Shown here: one piece after another, positions 1-13,200 of the stretch
How the letters are laid out: each line of letters opens with the position of its first letter
Position numbering within the stretch: position 1 is the first letter of the stretch
Assembly (NCBI RefSeq): GCF_000143415.4
Contig: NW_003314340.1
Coordinates: 490,161 to 554,160, forward strand
Length of the DNA stretch: 64,000 nt
Origin: Selaginella moellendorffii
Taxonomy: Eukaryota; Plantae; Lycopodiophyta
Reading direction: 5' to 3'
Made by a program: the position numbers and the translations under genes
Notes under the pieces: model-generated
What the model saw: only the letters and a program-made list of their open reading frames with translations
Told to the model about the DNA's origin: nothing
The model's database searches: none

Positions 1-111
1 AGTCATAATAACGATCTCTCTATTCTATAATTTCTTTTTCTGAATGCAAAGACTCCGGGCAGGCACCTGGCCTTCCAATTCCATCAACATGAAAAGTCCA
101 GCGCCTTCAAA

Positions 112-225
112 GGGTCCATCGGGCTGGTTGGAGAGCGATTCGATGAGCGTCGGCCACTGCATGCAGTCCATGATGCTCAGATCGAGGATGTGGATCTTGT
201 CGCGCGACTGGACGGCAGCAGCGTT
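112..225 (-). pseudogene. GRAS-domain (VHIID motif) gene fragment, SHR/SCL32-like
   Basis: Manual translation of the minus strand gives AAAVQSRDKIHILDLSIMDCMQWPTLIESLSNQPDGP, matching the GRAS VHIID..QWPTL motif. The flanks do not continue as GRAS. Confidence 0.7.
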
Positions 226-1189
226 CTGACTATCATCAACGACAAGAGTGCACTGGACAATGGAGCGCTGTAAGTCGATGGTTATGCTAGATTTTGTTTC
301 CTAATGTTTGCTTCAGGAGCACAAAAAATATCTCGATCGACGGAAAGAAAAGCTGAATGGCATCTTGGTTGTAATCCGCAAGAGACAGCAGCAATTGTGG
401 CGCCATGAAGCGTAAACCAGCAGGCACTGATCAAGAACCAGAAAGAGATACAGCGGAGATATGACATGGAGACGGACCCAAAGATGCGAAGGCTTTTGAA
501 GGAAATTGGAAAGGACTTGGACAACTGAAGAGGAGGTGGAAGAAATACTGAAACTCTTTCTCCAGTGACCTGACCCTTCAAGCTCTTACGTCGCTAGCAT
601 GCGGAGCTAGGAAACAGGGTGAAACTCTTGGCGATGAGGAGATGAAACGCGTTGAGAAGATGAAAGAGAAGTATAACACGCAGGAAAAGAATGAGGAGTC
701 CAAACCTGCACCGGGACGATCCCCTCCCTAGCTCTCCCCGCTCGATCGCCGCCCTGTCTTCGTGCTTTGAAGTCTGGTTAGCAAGTACTCCGATTCAAAA
801 CCTTCAAGCCGTGGTTGCGATGGTTGCGGTAAGTTGCATGGATTATTTTTTATTCTTTTCTGACAAGGTTTTGATATATGGTCACTTTCTTCTCTTTACA
901 AAAGTGCGCCTCAATAAAAACATAGAATCGAATCGCTCGAACAAAGAAAGCAAATAATTGGTTCGAATGGAGTCACTCGAGCATCAGTAAGCTTGTCGGC
1001 TTCTTTTTCCTCTCACTTGCAGAATGAGGAGCAGAAAGTTTCTCCCGTGGCGCATCCAGAGAGAAGTTGTAAAAATGCGGTTGAATAATTAACGAGGCAC
1101 AGTGCCAACTTGAAAACTAAACCGCTTGGTCAATGTGAAGTCACGAGCGTGAACTCATTTTAATTCGTTCAAGTTTGATACATTTAGAG

Positions 1190-1600
1190 TCTTGAATACA
1201 AAGATTTTCATTCCTCTATCATATATCAAGTCTATCGTCGTTAAACTTTCGACCTCAAACGTTCATGAGTTGGGTCTTCATTTTACTTACTATGCAGTTC
1301 TTCTGGTGCTTTTGCTGTTTTGCCGTAAGTTGAATACTTCGTACAGGAGATCGTTTTCCTGCAAGTGCCTCTGAAAGCCTTCGTCCAGGAGCCTTCAGAA
1401 GGCATTGAGCACGAGGACAAAGCTCCCAAGACACTCGAGAGCTGGAGGCCCATGACTCTCTTCGAGCTCAGCGTAGAAAGCAGCAAATTCCAAACTGTAC
1501 CAACAGTTTGATTTGCGTGAGCACTGATGACAATCTGCCACAGAACCTTCATCGCGCTGGCCTTCTCCACACCACTAACGACTCTATTCCAGGGACCAGA
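1190..1600 (-). pseudogene. Internally deleted tandem copy of the adjacent IFRD gene
   Basis: 1261-1380 is near-identical to 1851-1995 (gttcatgagtt...ctatgcagtt...gcaagtgcctctgaaagccttcg). 1405-1580 matches 2375-2585 with large deletions. The 1283..1645 ORF contains frameshifted IFRD peptides (VLWQIVI, LLLSTLSSKRVM). Confidence 0.85.
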
Positions 1601-1786
1601 CGGACAGCGCGAGCGAAAGAAAAGAATTCGAATGAAATCCCTCAAGCACTAGTGGTTCCTTCAAGCTTGTCGATCTCAGGTGCGGCTTCTTTTCCGCGCG
1701 GAGCAGAAAGTTTCTCCCATATGAAAATGGCGTGATGTTGTGAGGTTCTTTCTCAAGTTTAAAACATCTTATTAATTATGAATGCA

Positions 1787-3070
1787 CTAGAATATTTCAA
1801 AGCTATCATAGCTGAAGTTACGACTGGCCTCAAGGGCACATCTTCTTTGGTTCATGAGTTGAGTCTTCATTTTACTCACTATGCAGTTATGGTGCTTTTG
1901 CTGTTTGGTTGTCCCCTTGTAAACCACGGCATCACTTGGAACAAAGTTGAACACTTCGTGCAGGAGATTGTTTTCTTGCAAGTGCCTCTGAAAGCCTTCG
2001 CCCAGGAGCCTCCGGAAGGCATTGAGCTGCACGGTTTGGCTCCACGTACTGATCTTGAGCGAGTCACCATGCTTGAGCTTGAGACAAGTCTCGTGACATG
2101 CACCACCTTCGAGAATCGCCACCATGTCCCTGAAGCTGCTTCTCTGCTCGGATCTTTCTTTCTTTGTCTGGCCCTTCCGGCTGGAAGAGGCAGCCAGCGC
2201 TTTCATCTGATCCACCACCTGCAGCTCCATCGCCATCGTCTTCGTTGTTTCACCTTCGCCAAGAGCTTGCGGCAAGAGGTGGATATCGCCAAGTTCGCAG
2301 AGAAGAGCGATGGCTTCCCCAGCAGCCTTGCGAACACCTAGATCTGGATCCTCGAGCAACGAGGACAGAGCTCCCACGACACTCGAGAGCTGGAGGGCCA
2401 TGACTCTCTTGGAGCTCAACGTAGAAAGCAGCAAACTCCAAGCCGTGATGGCGGCCGCCTTGACTGGAGGTGGGGGTTTGCTCGTACCAAGAGTTTGATC
2501 TGCGTGAGCACTGCCTTTGTGGATGACAATCTGCCACAGGACCTCCATCGCGCTTTCTGTGGACGCCTCAACGCCACCAACGAAAGTTAACATCCCGAGA
2601 GCCTCAATCGCTGAAACCCTCACGGCAGAATCGCGTCCAAGCTTGGAACTCCTGGAGAGATGAGGGAAGCTAGCCTCGAATACGTGCTCGGCCACTTTCC
2701 CTGCTCCCGCAGTGATGGAAACCATGGCCAGAGCACGCCCCGCAAGAACAGCCTCTGTCGAAGAACTCTGCTTGATTGACGATAGGATTTGATGAGTCAA
2801 CGTTTCATACTTGTCGTCGATGAAGTGGGTCATCACCCTCCCCCGCAAAGCGTCGATCATGCCCTTCAAGCCGGCCTCTCGGGTGCTAGATCTCTTCTCG
2901 TACAAACAATCCAAGCTTGCCTCCAAGTCCAAGAGTGTGGACGAAGAGTCGTCGTCCATATGCTTCGTGTCACACTCGTGGTGTTGTTTGAGTTTGTTCT
3001 CCTTCTCTTCGGCATGCCTCTTGCACTTCTTCGACACTCTCTTTGACGATCGTACCTTAACGCACTCCAT
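1787..3070 (-). CDS. Interferon-related developmental regulator (IFRD) family protein, intronless
   Basis: Motifs LYEKRSSTREAGL, AAAITAWSLLL, RKAAGEAIALLCE, KERSEQRSSFRD and GFQRHLQENNLL. The ORF-track start at 3100 is GTG; the first ATG is at 3070. Confidence 0.85.
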   Translation of the reverse strand: MECVKVRSSKRVSKKCKRHAEEKENKLKQHHECDTKHMDDDSSSTLLDLEASLDCLYEKRSSTREAGLKGMIDALRGRVMTHFIDDKYETLTHQILSSIKQSSSTEAVLAGRALAMVSITAGAGKVAEHVFEASFPHLSRSSKLGRDSAVRVSAIEALGMLTFVGGVEASTESAMEVLWQIVIHKGSAHADQTLGTSKPPPPVKAAAITAWSLLLSTLSSKRVMALQLSSVVGALSSLLEDPDLGVRKAAGEAIALLCELGDIHLLPQALGEGETTKTMAMELQVVDQMKALAASSSRKGQTKKERSEQRSSFRDMVAILEGGACHETCLKLKHGDSLKISTWSQTVQLNAFRRLLGEGFQRHLQENNLLHEVFNFVPSDAVVYKGTTKQQKHHNCIVSKMKTQLMNQRRCALEASRNFSYDSFEIF

Positions 3071-3199
3071 CGCCCTTTTGCTGACTGGAAGAATGAGCAC
3101 GCCCTAGTTCTTGGCGATATTTTATGCTCGCAAAAGGAGCCTTAATTTAAATGTCATTAAAAGGTAATTAGTTTTAAACAATCAGTTAAGTAAATACTT

Positions 3200-5057
3200 T
3201 TTCTAATTGTTTTTTTTTTTCCTCCGTTTTTTGTTTCATCCCGAGAGTATTGCTGTGCAGGATATGAAAGGCACTGCTCAGGAAATGATGGAGCAGGCCA
3301 AGGACTCGGCTTCGGACGCGTCCCAGAGGACGGAGGACAAAGCTGGTGAAACCAAGCTAGAGGTATGCTCCAGCAGGTAAGGAAAAAACCTTGGAACCAA
3401 AGATGAAGGGACACCTCGAAAACTTGGACAACTGGTTCCTGCCGTCGATTCCCTGCTTCTGTGATACAGGACCTTTAACTTGCAAGCGCCAGTGGAGCAC
3501 GGAGAGGAGGAGGAGCCTCCAACATGAGAACCGGAGGTAGCGTGGTTGATGCTGCTGCTTTCTTTTGCTGTGTCGAAGCCACGAGACGAGGCGGAACAAT
3601 CTCAATTGCTGCCATCCTCTGCCAGGTCCGCTTCCTTCTCCATGGAGAATTTGGTCGGGTGTATCTCCAGCGCTGAAGCAGTGATTTCAACGAAAGACTT
3701 CCGTGAGCCTGTGAATGAAAGTTCCATAGGAAACATTTGGAATAGAGCCCAGTTACTTACATATGCGTGAAGTGTCGCTTCTGCGATCATGCCAGTCCCT
3801 TGCCATGACCTTTCTGATATAGCAGGATCTCCTAGAAGTGCGGCTGCAATGGCTGCTTCCCGACCGCATTAGCAGATCTCTAGCAAAAACAAAAACGAAA
3901 AGAAGTGAAAAGCTTGCCGTTAAACGGGTCATCTCTCCGTGTGCAGCAAGGCTCAGAGAAACATGTGCCCGAAGAACGGTAGGATCCAGAGCACCTTCGA
4001 CAGCAGCAGTCACTGCCAGCTTCTTTAGCGCTTCAGTTGAGATCTGAGATTGAGTGGTGGCATCGGCGGCATCTACCAGCTCAAGAAATTCCTCAGAAAA
4101 CTTCACAATTTTCTCCTTTGTTATCAAGGCTAATCACCTTTTGTTCCAAGAGTTTTGCTATTGCTTAGCGTGACGAGGCATTGCAAAGCTCTCTTTAATT
4201 CCCCACCCTGCCATACTCCAGCCTAAAGAAGCAAGAACCGAAATGTAAGTGACAAACCTCTTCGAAATGCCAGGCAGATCGTAGCATAGAGCAAGGTCTC
4301 TCGTCCAAGCTTGAAAGCGCTGCAAAACATGGAATGCCAGTTTAAAGCAAGTACTATCAGGATGACTAAGCGGCAACCATGAAGCTGTCGTACAAGTGCA
4401 CGTCCACACACTTGTCGCCATTCCATACAACATCGGTAGCCTGGAAATTCAGAGAGTTAACTACGCTCTCTATCAATCCGAAGGCTCTAACATACCTCCC
4501 GGCTAGACGTCATAAAAGTCATGAGACACACGACTGATCCCTTGTGGATCACAAACATACCATGCAGGCGCTTTGTTTTCCAGGATTTGTTTAGGAACGT
4601 CCCGAGAACGCATTGTGATGAGATCCCAAGAAGATGGCTGTGTTCTCGCAGCAACCCGAAGAACCGGGTGGAGAGAACTAATGAGCGTCTCCCGCAGCTG
4701 TCCAACTGATCCACCATTGCCAGAAGCGCACATCGTCATCGTCAAACTGATGTGCTTCACACTGGCAAAGGCAAAGAAGAAGAACACCATTAGAACCAAG
4801 GAAAGCCTGTCACGCAAGACTTCATTACCTTCCTCCACGAATCGCCTCGGTAGACCAACAGAATGGATCAAAAGGTGCGAGAGACGCATCCAGATATATT
4901 TTACCCGGATCTCCCTCGGCAGCTGTGCTCCAGCGAGGCGCTTGGCATCCACGCCCCCAGCATTGAGCTCATACCCGAATCTATGAGATTTCCCGATTTC
5001 CCGAGCAAGACCTCACCTGGCGATGCTCCCAGTCCCAGACGACGACGGCGGATCCAT
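3200..5057 (-). CDS. Hypothetical multi-exon gene, family not recognised
   Basis: ATG at 5057 (MDPPSSSGTGSIAR), several ~50-60 nt GT-AG introns and open exon frames (e.g. ITKEKIVKFSEEFLELVDAAD). The 3' end and reading frame are unresolved. Confidence 0.45.
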
Positions 5058-6560
5058 CAGCAGCTCTGGGAAGAGAAAAAATAAATTAGGGCATTTTTAA
5101 TAAAAACCTGTGGGAGACTGATTCGCCACCTTAGTTGGACTCGTATAACAGTCCACTTTTACATTTACCTGATAGTCATGTCTGATATACTTAAACCAAA
5201 ATCCATGGCGCATTTTCAATGCTCGAGGCTGGCACTTCGTACTTGACAGAACCCCTTCGCGGAGGTCGAATCTAAATTGGTCGATCTTGCACTTGATTGT
5301 TGTGTTGAGTTGAAAAAAAGAGCCCAAAAAGCACAATTTTTTCAAAAAAGAGCAAAAGAAATGATATAACGTATCCACTTTTGTGGGGAGTATATATAAT
5401 TGATGCCATTAGTGTAATGGCACATATTAGGCGCATCAAAGGCATGTGATGCCTTCTTCTGTGATATATTTTATGCCATATATCAATACCACTTCCTTAC
5501 GTTGATAGATACGCTCTCCTGAGTTTGCTCTAAATCCCCAAGCTGATTGAAGCAGAATATATGTCGTGTCTTCTCGAGCACAGGTTGGTTTCACCATTCA
5601 CCTCCACTGCCTTGCGAAGAAACTTGAGCATCGCACCAAGCATCAGCGTGCTTATTCTGTGATCCGGGAATCGAGCACAAATGTCCCTGGTAAACTCGGA
5701 GTACTTGATAGAGTTACAGTTGACGACTGAGTGGAAACACCTCAAAGCTAGTACGGATCTGCGTTACCATGAAGTCTACTGATGGCGTGGTTGTGGGCGA
5801 GCGGAGGTGGGGTGCTGGATTTCTTACGGGACAGCTATGGGCAAGACACTGACGGGGATGCACTTGTGGACGACACTCTGGAGGCCCTACGAACTAGGTC
5901 TGTAATTCATGCCACTGATCTTGATTTGCACGGATTAATTTGTTTCTGTTACCTAGGCCCTTTTGTTGTTTGTGTGCTTCTGATTGAAGTGGCGTGTTAA
6001 TCATTTCCCAATGCTCGAATTCTTCAATGTTTGTCTGATTTTGAAAGTTGTGTGGTTTTTCTTTTCTAAGATGCAGTTGTCGAAAAGCTTTTTGAGCTAT
6101 ACGGGGAAAAGGTGAGGGTTGGGTGCAAAAGGCCGGGACCGGAAAATGTCCATGCCTTGAACTGCACAGGCCCAAGCGAGCAGGATGTTATCGGCCGCTA
6201 CTTTAGCATATTCATGGACGTGATGAAACATACGATGTACTTTTGCGAGGCTCAGTGAGGATGTATTCTCCATCCGAATGCAACTGCTAGGATACTAGAT
6301 CATGGTAAAGGACTAAGTTGTACTCCAAAGACGCATGCCATGTCCATAACGTCTTCCTGTGAAGGGTGCTGGCCTAAGAGTGGAGAGGTTGCGCCAGTTT
6401 TGTGCCCACCCTCGACTTCCCAACGTCGCCCCCGGGAATGCAATCATCCCAATGAAAAAAGGTCCATTTTGCAAGAAGTCAGAAATAGAACCATCCGCAT
6501 GAAACACAAATAATAATTAGGCCAAGTCGCGTTTAGCCGCTCTAAAGAGGAACACCGTAC

Positions 6561-6930
6561 TTAATAGTCTTTTGGATTCTTCGTGAGCAGCAGGCCCAAT
6601 TTGATCGCTCCAGCAGCCACTTTGTCATAGTCGACTCTAAGAGACGAGTCCTCTAGGTTTGCGCGCTGCGTTTGCTCTGGCAAGCCGGTCAGCCACTTCG
6701 TGGCACACGTTTTCTCATCCTCGTCCAGACAGTGTCGTGGCTCTTCTGCAAAGCCAAAGAAAGATTAACGCAACACTAAGCATTCTGCACTCACCTCGGG
6801 CCATGTTCCAGACGATCATCATGTAAAGCTGTAGTAACAGTTACATAAACAACACTAGGAAGAGAAAATATCAGATTACCGTTTGCATTTTGTCGCTGGA
6901 GGTGTTCGAGTATTTCAGATCGAAAGACAT
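6561..6930 (-). CDS. Predicted 3-exon 89-aa orphan ORF immediately downstream of ABCF3
   Basis: Exons 6930-6880, 6828-6795 and 6745-6561, joined by 51- and 49-nt GT-AG introns, give MSFDLKYSNTSSDKMQTLYMMIVWNMAREEPRHCLDEDEKTCATKWL...NPKDY*. Confidence 0.45.
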
Positions 6931-6989
6931 CCTATCAGCACCAATCGGGAAAACAATCCTTCGTAACTCTGAAAAGCGTACCGTTATGT

Positions 6990-9900
6990 TCATGCGACAC
7001 GCAGGGTCCTTTTGTAGTCCTGGAACGAGCCGTGAAATGGCGATACTTTTCCTTCTGTCACAACCCAGAGCTCGTCCACGCTTCCGGATATCAGGTGCTC
7101 GTCATGGCTCACCTGTTGTAAAAAATCATTAGAAAAAACAAACACAATGTTCTCATACCATTAAAACTCCTCCCTGAAAGAGTGCTAGGCCTTGTATGAG
7201 TGCTTCCACGGCGTCAAGGTCCTATAAGCATGCAAACAGCAATATCAAGATAGTGTTGGAAGACAATAGCAGATTCTTACAAGGTGATTTGAAGGCTCAT
7301 CCAGTAAAAGAATGTGTGGTTTGTTGAATGTGATTTTTGCAAAAGCGACACGACTCTTTTGCCCACCTGTATAAATACTTTTAGTCAAGGAAACAAGTAG
7401 TTCATATGTTATACCTGATAGAGTATACATGGCTTGAAGCGCCAGGTTTCCCGAGAGACCAAACGAACCCAAGTGAGCGCGAATCTTCTGCTCTGGGGCA
7501 CCCTGTACCAATGAACGGTCATAAACTGATAACACGCAAGACGAGTAGCAGTGACACTTACAGGGAAACAACGTGACATGTAGAGGAGAGGCGTTGACGA
7601 AAGGTCAAGGCCGTCTACATGGTGCTGACTAAAAACAGCCATGCGCACCTGGACAATGGCCGCCTAAGAATGGTTATACAAATCTTCCAGGAGTACCTTT
7701 GGAGACCGAAAGACAGTTCCAGACACAGGCTCCAATTCACCAGAGATCAGCTTCAGCAGTGTTGACTTCCCAATACCATTAGCACCAACAACTGAAATAT
7801 CAAACGTTAGAGCCCAATGTTACCAGCGGTATAACATTACCAGCTAGGCGACTGTCCAAGTCGAGGCCAAAGTTCAGGTTTCTAAACAGGACTGGACCTC
7901 CTGGATATCCAAATGACGCATCACTGTAGAACATTTTTTAAGTCAAACACAACACAAGTCATAGATTAGTTACCTGAAGCTAATTATGGAGCCGGATGGT
8001 CGATCGTCTGGAGTCGGGAACTCAAACTTGTAGCTGGAAAAAAAGAAAACCATATTAGAAGCAAACTTAATGAGCACAAAACATACTCTGGATCATTCAC
8101 AACAGCATCCACGTATCCAATTCGATCCAAAGCCTAAAAATCCACACAAATATAAGAGAAAATCGTGACGAAGGCATGGGCTTACTTTGATTCTTGACTG
8201 AACCAGCGACGCACGTTTTGCGTTGTATCTAAACTTGTCCACAAATGCCTGCAAATAGGCACGAGCGGTTACAATCGGTCAAATGAATGTAAGAAAGGCA
8301 AACCTGGATGTGCGCTCGAGTACGCTCATTCGATTCGTGTGCCTTCTGTTGATTTGATAGACGTTCTGCGCGCGTCCGCTCAAATATGTCATAATCTCCT
8401 TTGTAAGTGACTAACTTTTGCCCGTGCAAATGTAGTATGTCTGTCACCACCTGTGCTACCAGCTCGATAGATTTCGAAACATATTCAAACATACCGCATT
8501 GAGAAAGTTTCGAGCATGGGACACAACGATAAGTGTCTTTGGCCACTTCAAAAGATACGTCTCTAACCACAATACTGCGTGTAGGTCCAAATGATTCTGC
8601 AGGTATTGATTTTAAGACAAAGCAAGATAAGTATGTTACCGTACCGTGGGTTCATCGAGCAGTAGAAGGTCGGGCTGTATAAACAATGCCCTTGCCAACG
8701 CAATCCGCATGCGCCAGCCTCCAGAGAAAGTCTTAGTTTCTCGAACTTGCATATCGGACGTAAAGCTCAAACCCTGCAACAGTTTTTCAGGACCGAGAAT
8801 TTGGAAAAAGAATTCCTACTTACAGCTAATATAGAAGCGGCACGAGATTCGGCCGTGTAAGCGTCTATTTGTTCCAGCCTCTTGTAAATCTGAGCAAGCC
8901 TTTCAGAAGCTGCATCTTTGGAACTTGAAGTATCGTTTGCACTTTTCTGGGAAGAGTAATTAATCAGTAAGACAGAAATAGGAGCTAAAACTGTTGACTT
9001 GCACCTTTGCATCAACCAGGCTCGCCTCCTCTTCGAGCAACTGCGTACGTTCAATATCGGTGCTCAAGACGCACTGCAGAACTGTCGTAGAGCTTCCGAC
9101 CACCTCTTGCTCGACATGTAAGATCTGACAATTCTTTGGTAGTCCATCGATAGCATGCATTGCCATGTGCTTGAGAAGCGTGGTTTTTCCGGTCCCGTTT
9201 CTCCCAACAAGACCTTAAGCCACACCACTCAATCAATCCGAGTTATGGAACACAAAACGAAAATGCTCACCATATCTTCTACCATAAGCAAGCGTGACAG
9301 AGGCACTGTTGATGAGCTCCCTTCCGCCCATAGAGATGCTGAAGTTCTCCATCCTTATATCTTTCGGTACGTTGGCATCTCCGTCCGTGTTGTGAGTTAC
9401 GTAAAGACCAGCCATCCCAGCAGCTGCGGCATCCGCTGCAGCAACATGCGCTTCATAGTCTGCCTGTTTATCACAAGAGAAATGAAAGGTGCTAGAAAAG
9501 AAAGAAGAAACAAGCCACAAACCCGTCTCTGGCGTTCTTCTTTTTTCCTCCTCCTCTCGAGCTTTGCCTGGTCGCGCTCGGAGATTTGCGGGAGAAGATC
9601 CTCGTGGTGTGCTGTGCCCGCAGCCTCGGAGCTACGGAGACCCTCTGACATGCGCACCGGAGCAGCCAGACTTCGCACCGATAGTTTGTTCTCGTCAATA
9701 CTTCCTCGGTAGAATTTCTCAGCGAGCTTCTTGCAAACCTGGAACACAAAGCACCAAAAAAATTTCTATAATCAGTACATGAAAAATTCCATCCCTTGAC
9801 TACTTACTCCAACACTCACAACTTCTCCAATTCATTCTTCCTAATAAATTTTCTAGCTGCGCAATTTCTGTCACTCGTTCTAGATCCTAGGAGCAGGGAA

Positions 9901-10127
9901 GAAGCACATACCCATCGCGCTTCAGCATCGTCGGCCACGCACTCGGCCTCGACGAGCAGCGGGCCGAGCGCCTCGTACGCATTCTCGCCCGACTTGCCGA
10001 AATCGAAGGTGTCGTCCTGGAGCACATTGATGATGTAGTCGACGATGATCGAATCGACGTCGGCGTCGCGAATGCGCCTCCCAATGAGCACCAAAACCTC
10101 CCCCTTGACGCTGCCGTCTATCCCCAT
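6990..10127 (-). CDS. ABCF3: ABC transporter F family member 3 (GCN20 homolog), multi-exon
   Basis: N-terminus [20 protein letters not shown]; Walker [10 protein letters not shown]; LLLDEPTNHLD; second [26 protein letters not shown]; C-terminus [16 protein letters not shown]...TLRVA* (stop at 6990). Confidence 0.93.
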
Positions 10128-10295
10128 CACTCCCAAAAGCCCTAAACCTTTTAGATCAAGGGGATAAAAGGTTAATAAAGCTCAAGTTTCGTTTAAGTTG
10201 GTTTAAAAGCTAATAAAGCATAGTTTAAGTTGGTAGAACTTTTCTTCGTACTAAACGCTCGACTTGGTATATGAAAGGTCCAAGCATTTTTTTGC

Positions 10296-13200
10296 CTAGA
10301 AGAACATCATCGTTTCTTTAGATGCGAGAAGCTTTTGCGCTCGTTGAGTTCCCACGATTCTCTCGAGCTGGAGAAAATTACGAATCAGTAGTGGAGAAGG
10401 AAACAGAGAAAAGCTTACTTGCAGTTTGTCGAATTTGGAGTAAATTACAGTACAGGAAGGATTCTGTCCGCCGCCAAGCATATTGACCATCTGTAAAAGG
10501 ATATGAAAACCGGATCGATCGCAAACGAGCTGGTACCTCGGAGTAGAAGTTTGCGTGATCCGGTAGTGAGTAGAATATCAGTTCGCGTATGCCCCGTATC
10601 TGCAAGGATAGCTCTGATGTACCACACGATGAAAACTTCACGGGAGCTTACTTGGTAGCGGTGATAGAAATGTGCGCGCTCAGTGTACAGCATGATTCTT
10701 CTTTGGCCGTGGAAAAACCAGGTTCGTGACCGGGAAACATCGCTTGATTTTGTATACCTGCGTAGAATTGTTACAAAAATAGATCGGGATTTGGGTATTT
10801 GTTAATGCTCACTCTCCCAGGAGACAAAAGGATGCACTTTCGGCCTTGAGAAAGTTTCGGAGCCGTACGAAGTCAAAATAAGAACGAACAAATAGCATGG
10901 TTCCTCCCTGTAAAAGAAAAATTGGTCGATCGTTTAACGTGAACTAACGTGACTGACCTGCAATGACTCCTTGATCCTTGGAAAGAGCTGCAAGATCATG
11001 CTAAAGTCAGCACAAGTTTTTGCCAGCGAGTTAGCAGCGTATGAAGAACCTGTTTTGTAAAAAATTCGAATCTTGCGTCATCGACGTCTGTAATTGATTC
11101 ACACTGCACACCCTCATACACCTGCGGGAAAAAAGTTGAAACCATAGAAAAGTAGAAAAGCTGAAGACTGACCTGACGAACTTGCAACATTATATTTGAA
11201 AGCACGCCATCGTAACGACATTGTAACTTGGCCTGAAGCTTAGAAGATCAGCACGTGAGAACGGGCATCGCGAAATACCTTGCCCGTATGATTGACACAC
11301 TGCCGAAAAAACAAAGCATTGATAGCTGCAAAAGATCGTTTCAAGAGATTGTTCGCTATCAAAGACGACACTATTACCTGCATCAGGATACGATGAAAGA
11401 AAAATCGTTTGACGAAAATATCGTGCATGACCATCCAAGTACCTTGTAGCAAATAAAATGTAAGACGAACTAGGAAGTCATAGCGACTCACCATTCGCGA
11501 ATTCTCATTATGTCAGTATCATGCTGCTTTGAAGGCATCTTGTTTATGTGATCAAACAACGACACAACGTGTGACCAGTTCTGTCAAACCAGACCATTTC
11601 AGAGAAAATGAAAGTTTTAAAATAAAGAACATACCTGCATCAATATTACATCCGCAAAATCTATGACCAAAATTTCTATGGAAGATAAAAAGTCGATGTT
11701 TTTACTGGTATCAGCTTTTGCTTCTTGAATGCTCTGCACATCATGCTCAGTACTTAGCACTTGGAGGATGCCGAACTTACAGTAGTTAGACCGAGAGGTG
11801 ATGCAAGTATTATATCTGACGATAAGAAGTCGCTGTAAAGTTTGACCGCTTTTCTGCAACGCAGGACCCTTTAGTTTAGAAGGACAACTTTTACCTTCTA
11901 ACCTCGTAAATTTTATTCCAATCCTGAAATGATCGTCATTGTTCCCATCGAATATAAACTTAAAATCTGCTGGTTTTGAGGCTTGCTTATCGTCTTTGTC
12001 TTCTTCACCCAAACCAAAATCATCGAAAAACCGTTGCTTGAAATCAACGGTAGCCTGTAAGTGACCCGTTAATGACCTGTACACGATGAAACGTTAATTT
12101 GCACCTTTTGTGTTGGAGGAGCCAATGCTAGAAGACGCTTCACAAGCTTCAGTGCTAAGTTTCTCATGGGCAACAATACCAGAACCTGCAAAAATCTCAA
12201 TATTATGGAGAAGACATGCATTGCGAAATGAACAACCTTGGGACGAGTGAATCCTTGATCTCGAGGACTGTTAAAAACACCAGTAGGTTCACGATTATGC
12301 AACTTGTCGTTGTTCTTGCTGACCAGATCTTTTGTTTTCAAAACATGGTTTATCTGGTCACAAATAATTGCCGCATCAGATTCACACCGATAGTAATTAC
12401 GTACGATATGAAGAAGGCAGGCATCCATCGTTTCAGAAGACAATTTCTTCCCTCCTTTCCTTGTGTGTAAAATATCGTAGTAACTGTTGCCTGTAAGAAA
12501 GAAACCACCGGTGATGGAGAATAATATAAAGAATTAGCAACTTACACAAAGAATAAAATTGACACTGGTGCTCACTTTGAAAATCCCCAAACTTTCGCTT
12601 CGCCACATTCGCCCATTGACTTCGCAACCGTGCTTTGACATTGTAATGGGAGAGTTTACTTTCCGCCTGCAAGATGTCGTGATTGTAAAAAATCTGTGGC
12701 ACGAAAATATCTGTACCTTGGGAAACTTTTCCTTGTCGATAATCCATTTCGAATTCAAGAAGCCCGAAGCAATATTTTCCACATTCAGTTTGGACTTGGC
12801 GCTATCAAGCTCAGCAATTTCCCCTTCTCCTAGTTTGTGATCTAAGTGCACTTTGAATTCGCTATAGTGTTAAAAAGGAAAAACAGACAATGAAATCAAA
12901 TATCAGCAGCAAAAATTCAAAGCGTTACGTACTCGACAGTGCTTGTCTCCAGATTCTCGTCGTCCACTTGCTCCTCTAGAATTTCGTCACCATCGTCATC
13001 CTGGAACTCATCATCAGACTGATCTGGCTCGGTATCTGCGATAAAACGTGAGAAACTTCCAGAACGAAGAGAAGTTAGCAGCTACCTTCTTTGTCCGAAA
13101 GTCCACCATTTCTCTCGGTATCAGCATTTGGCACATCGTCACTGCTATGGTCCCTTTCCTTCGTTTGAAAACCACAAGTTTGCCCCCCACCACGCGACTT

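Noticed and set aside
5500-6500. Possible gene between the unknown gene and ABCF3
   Set aside because: Coding-like composition and some splice signals, but no consistent frame or family could be built.
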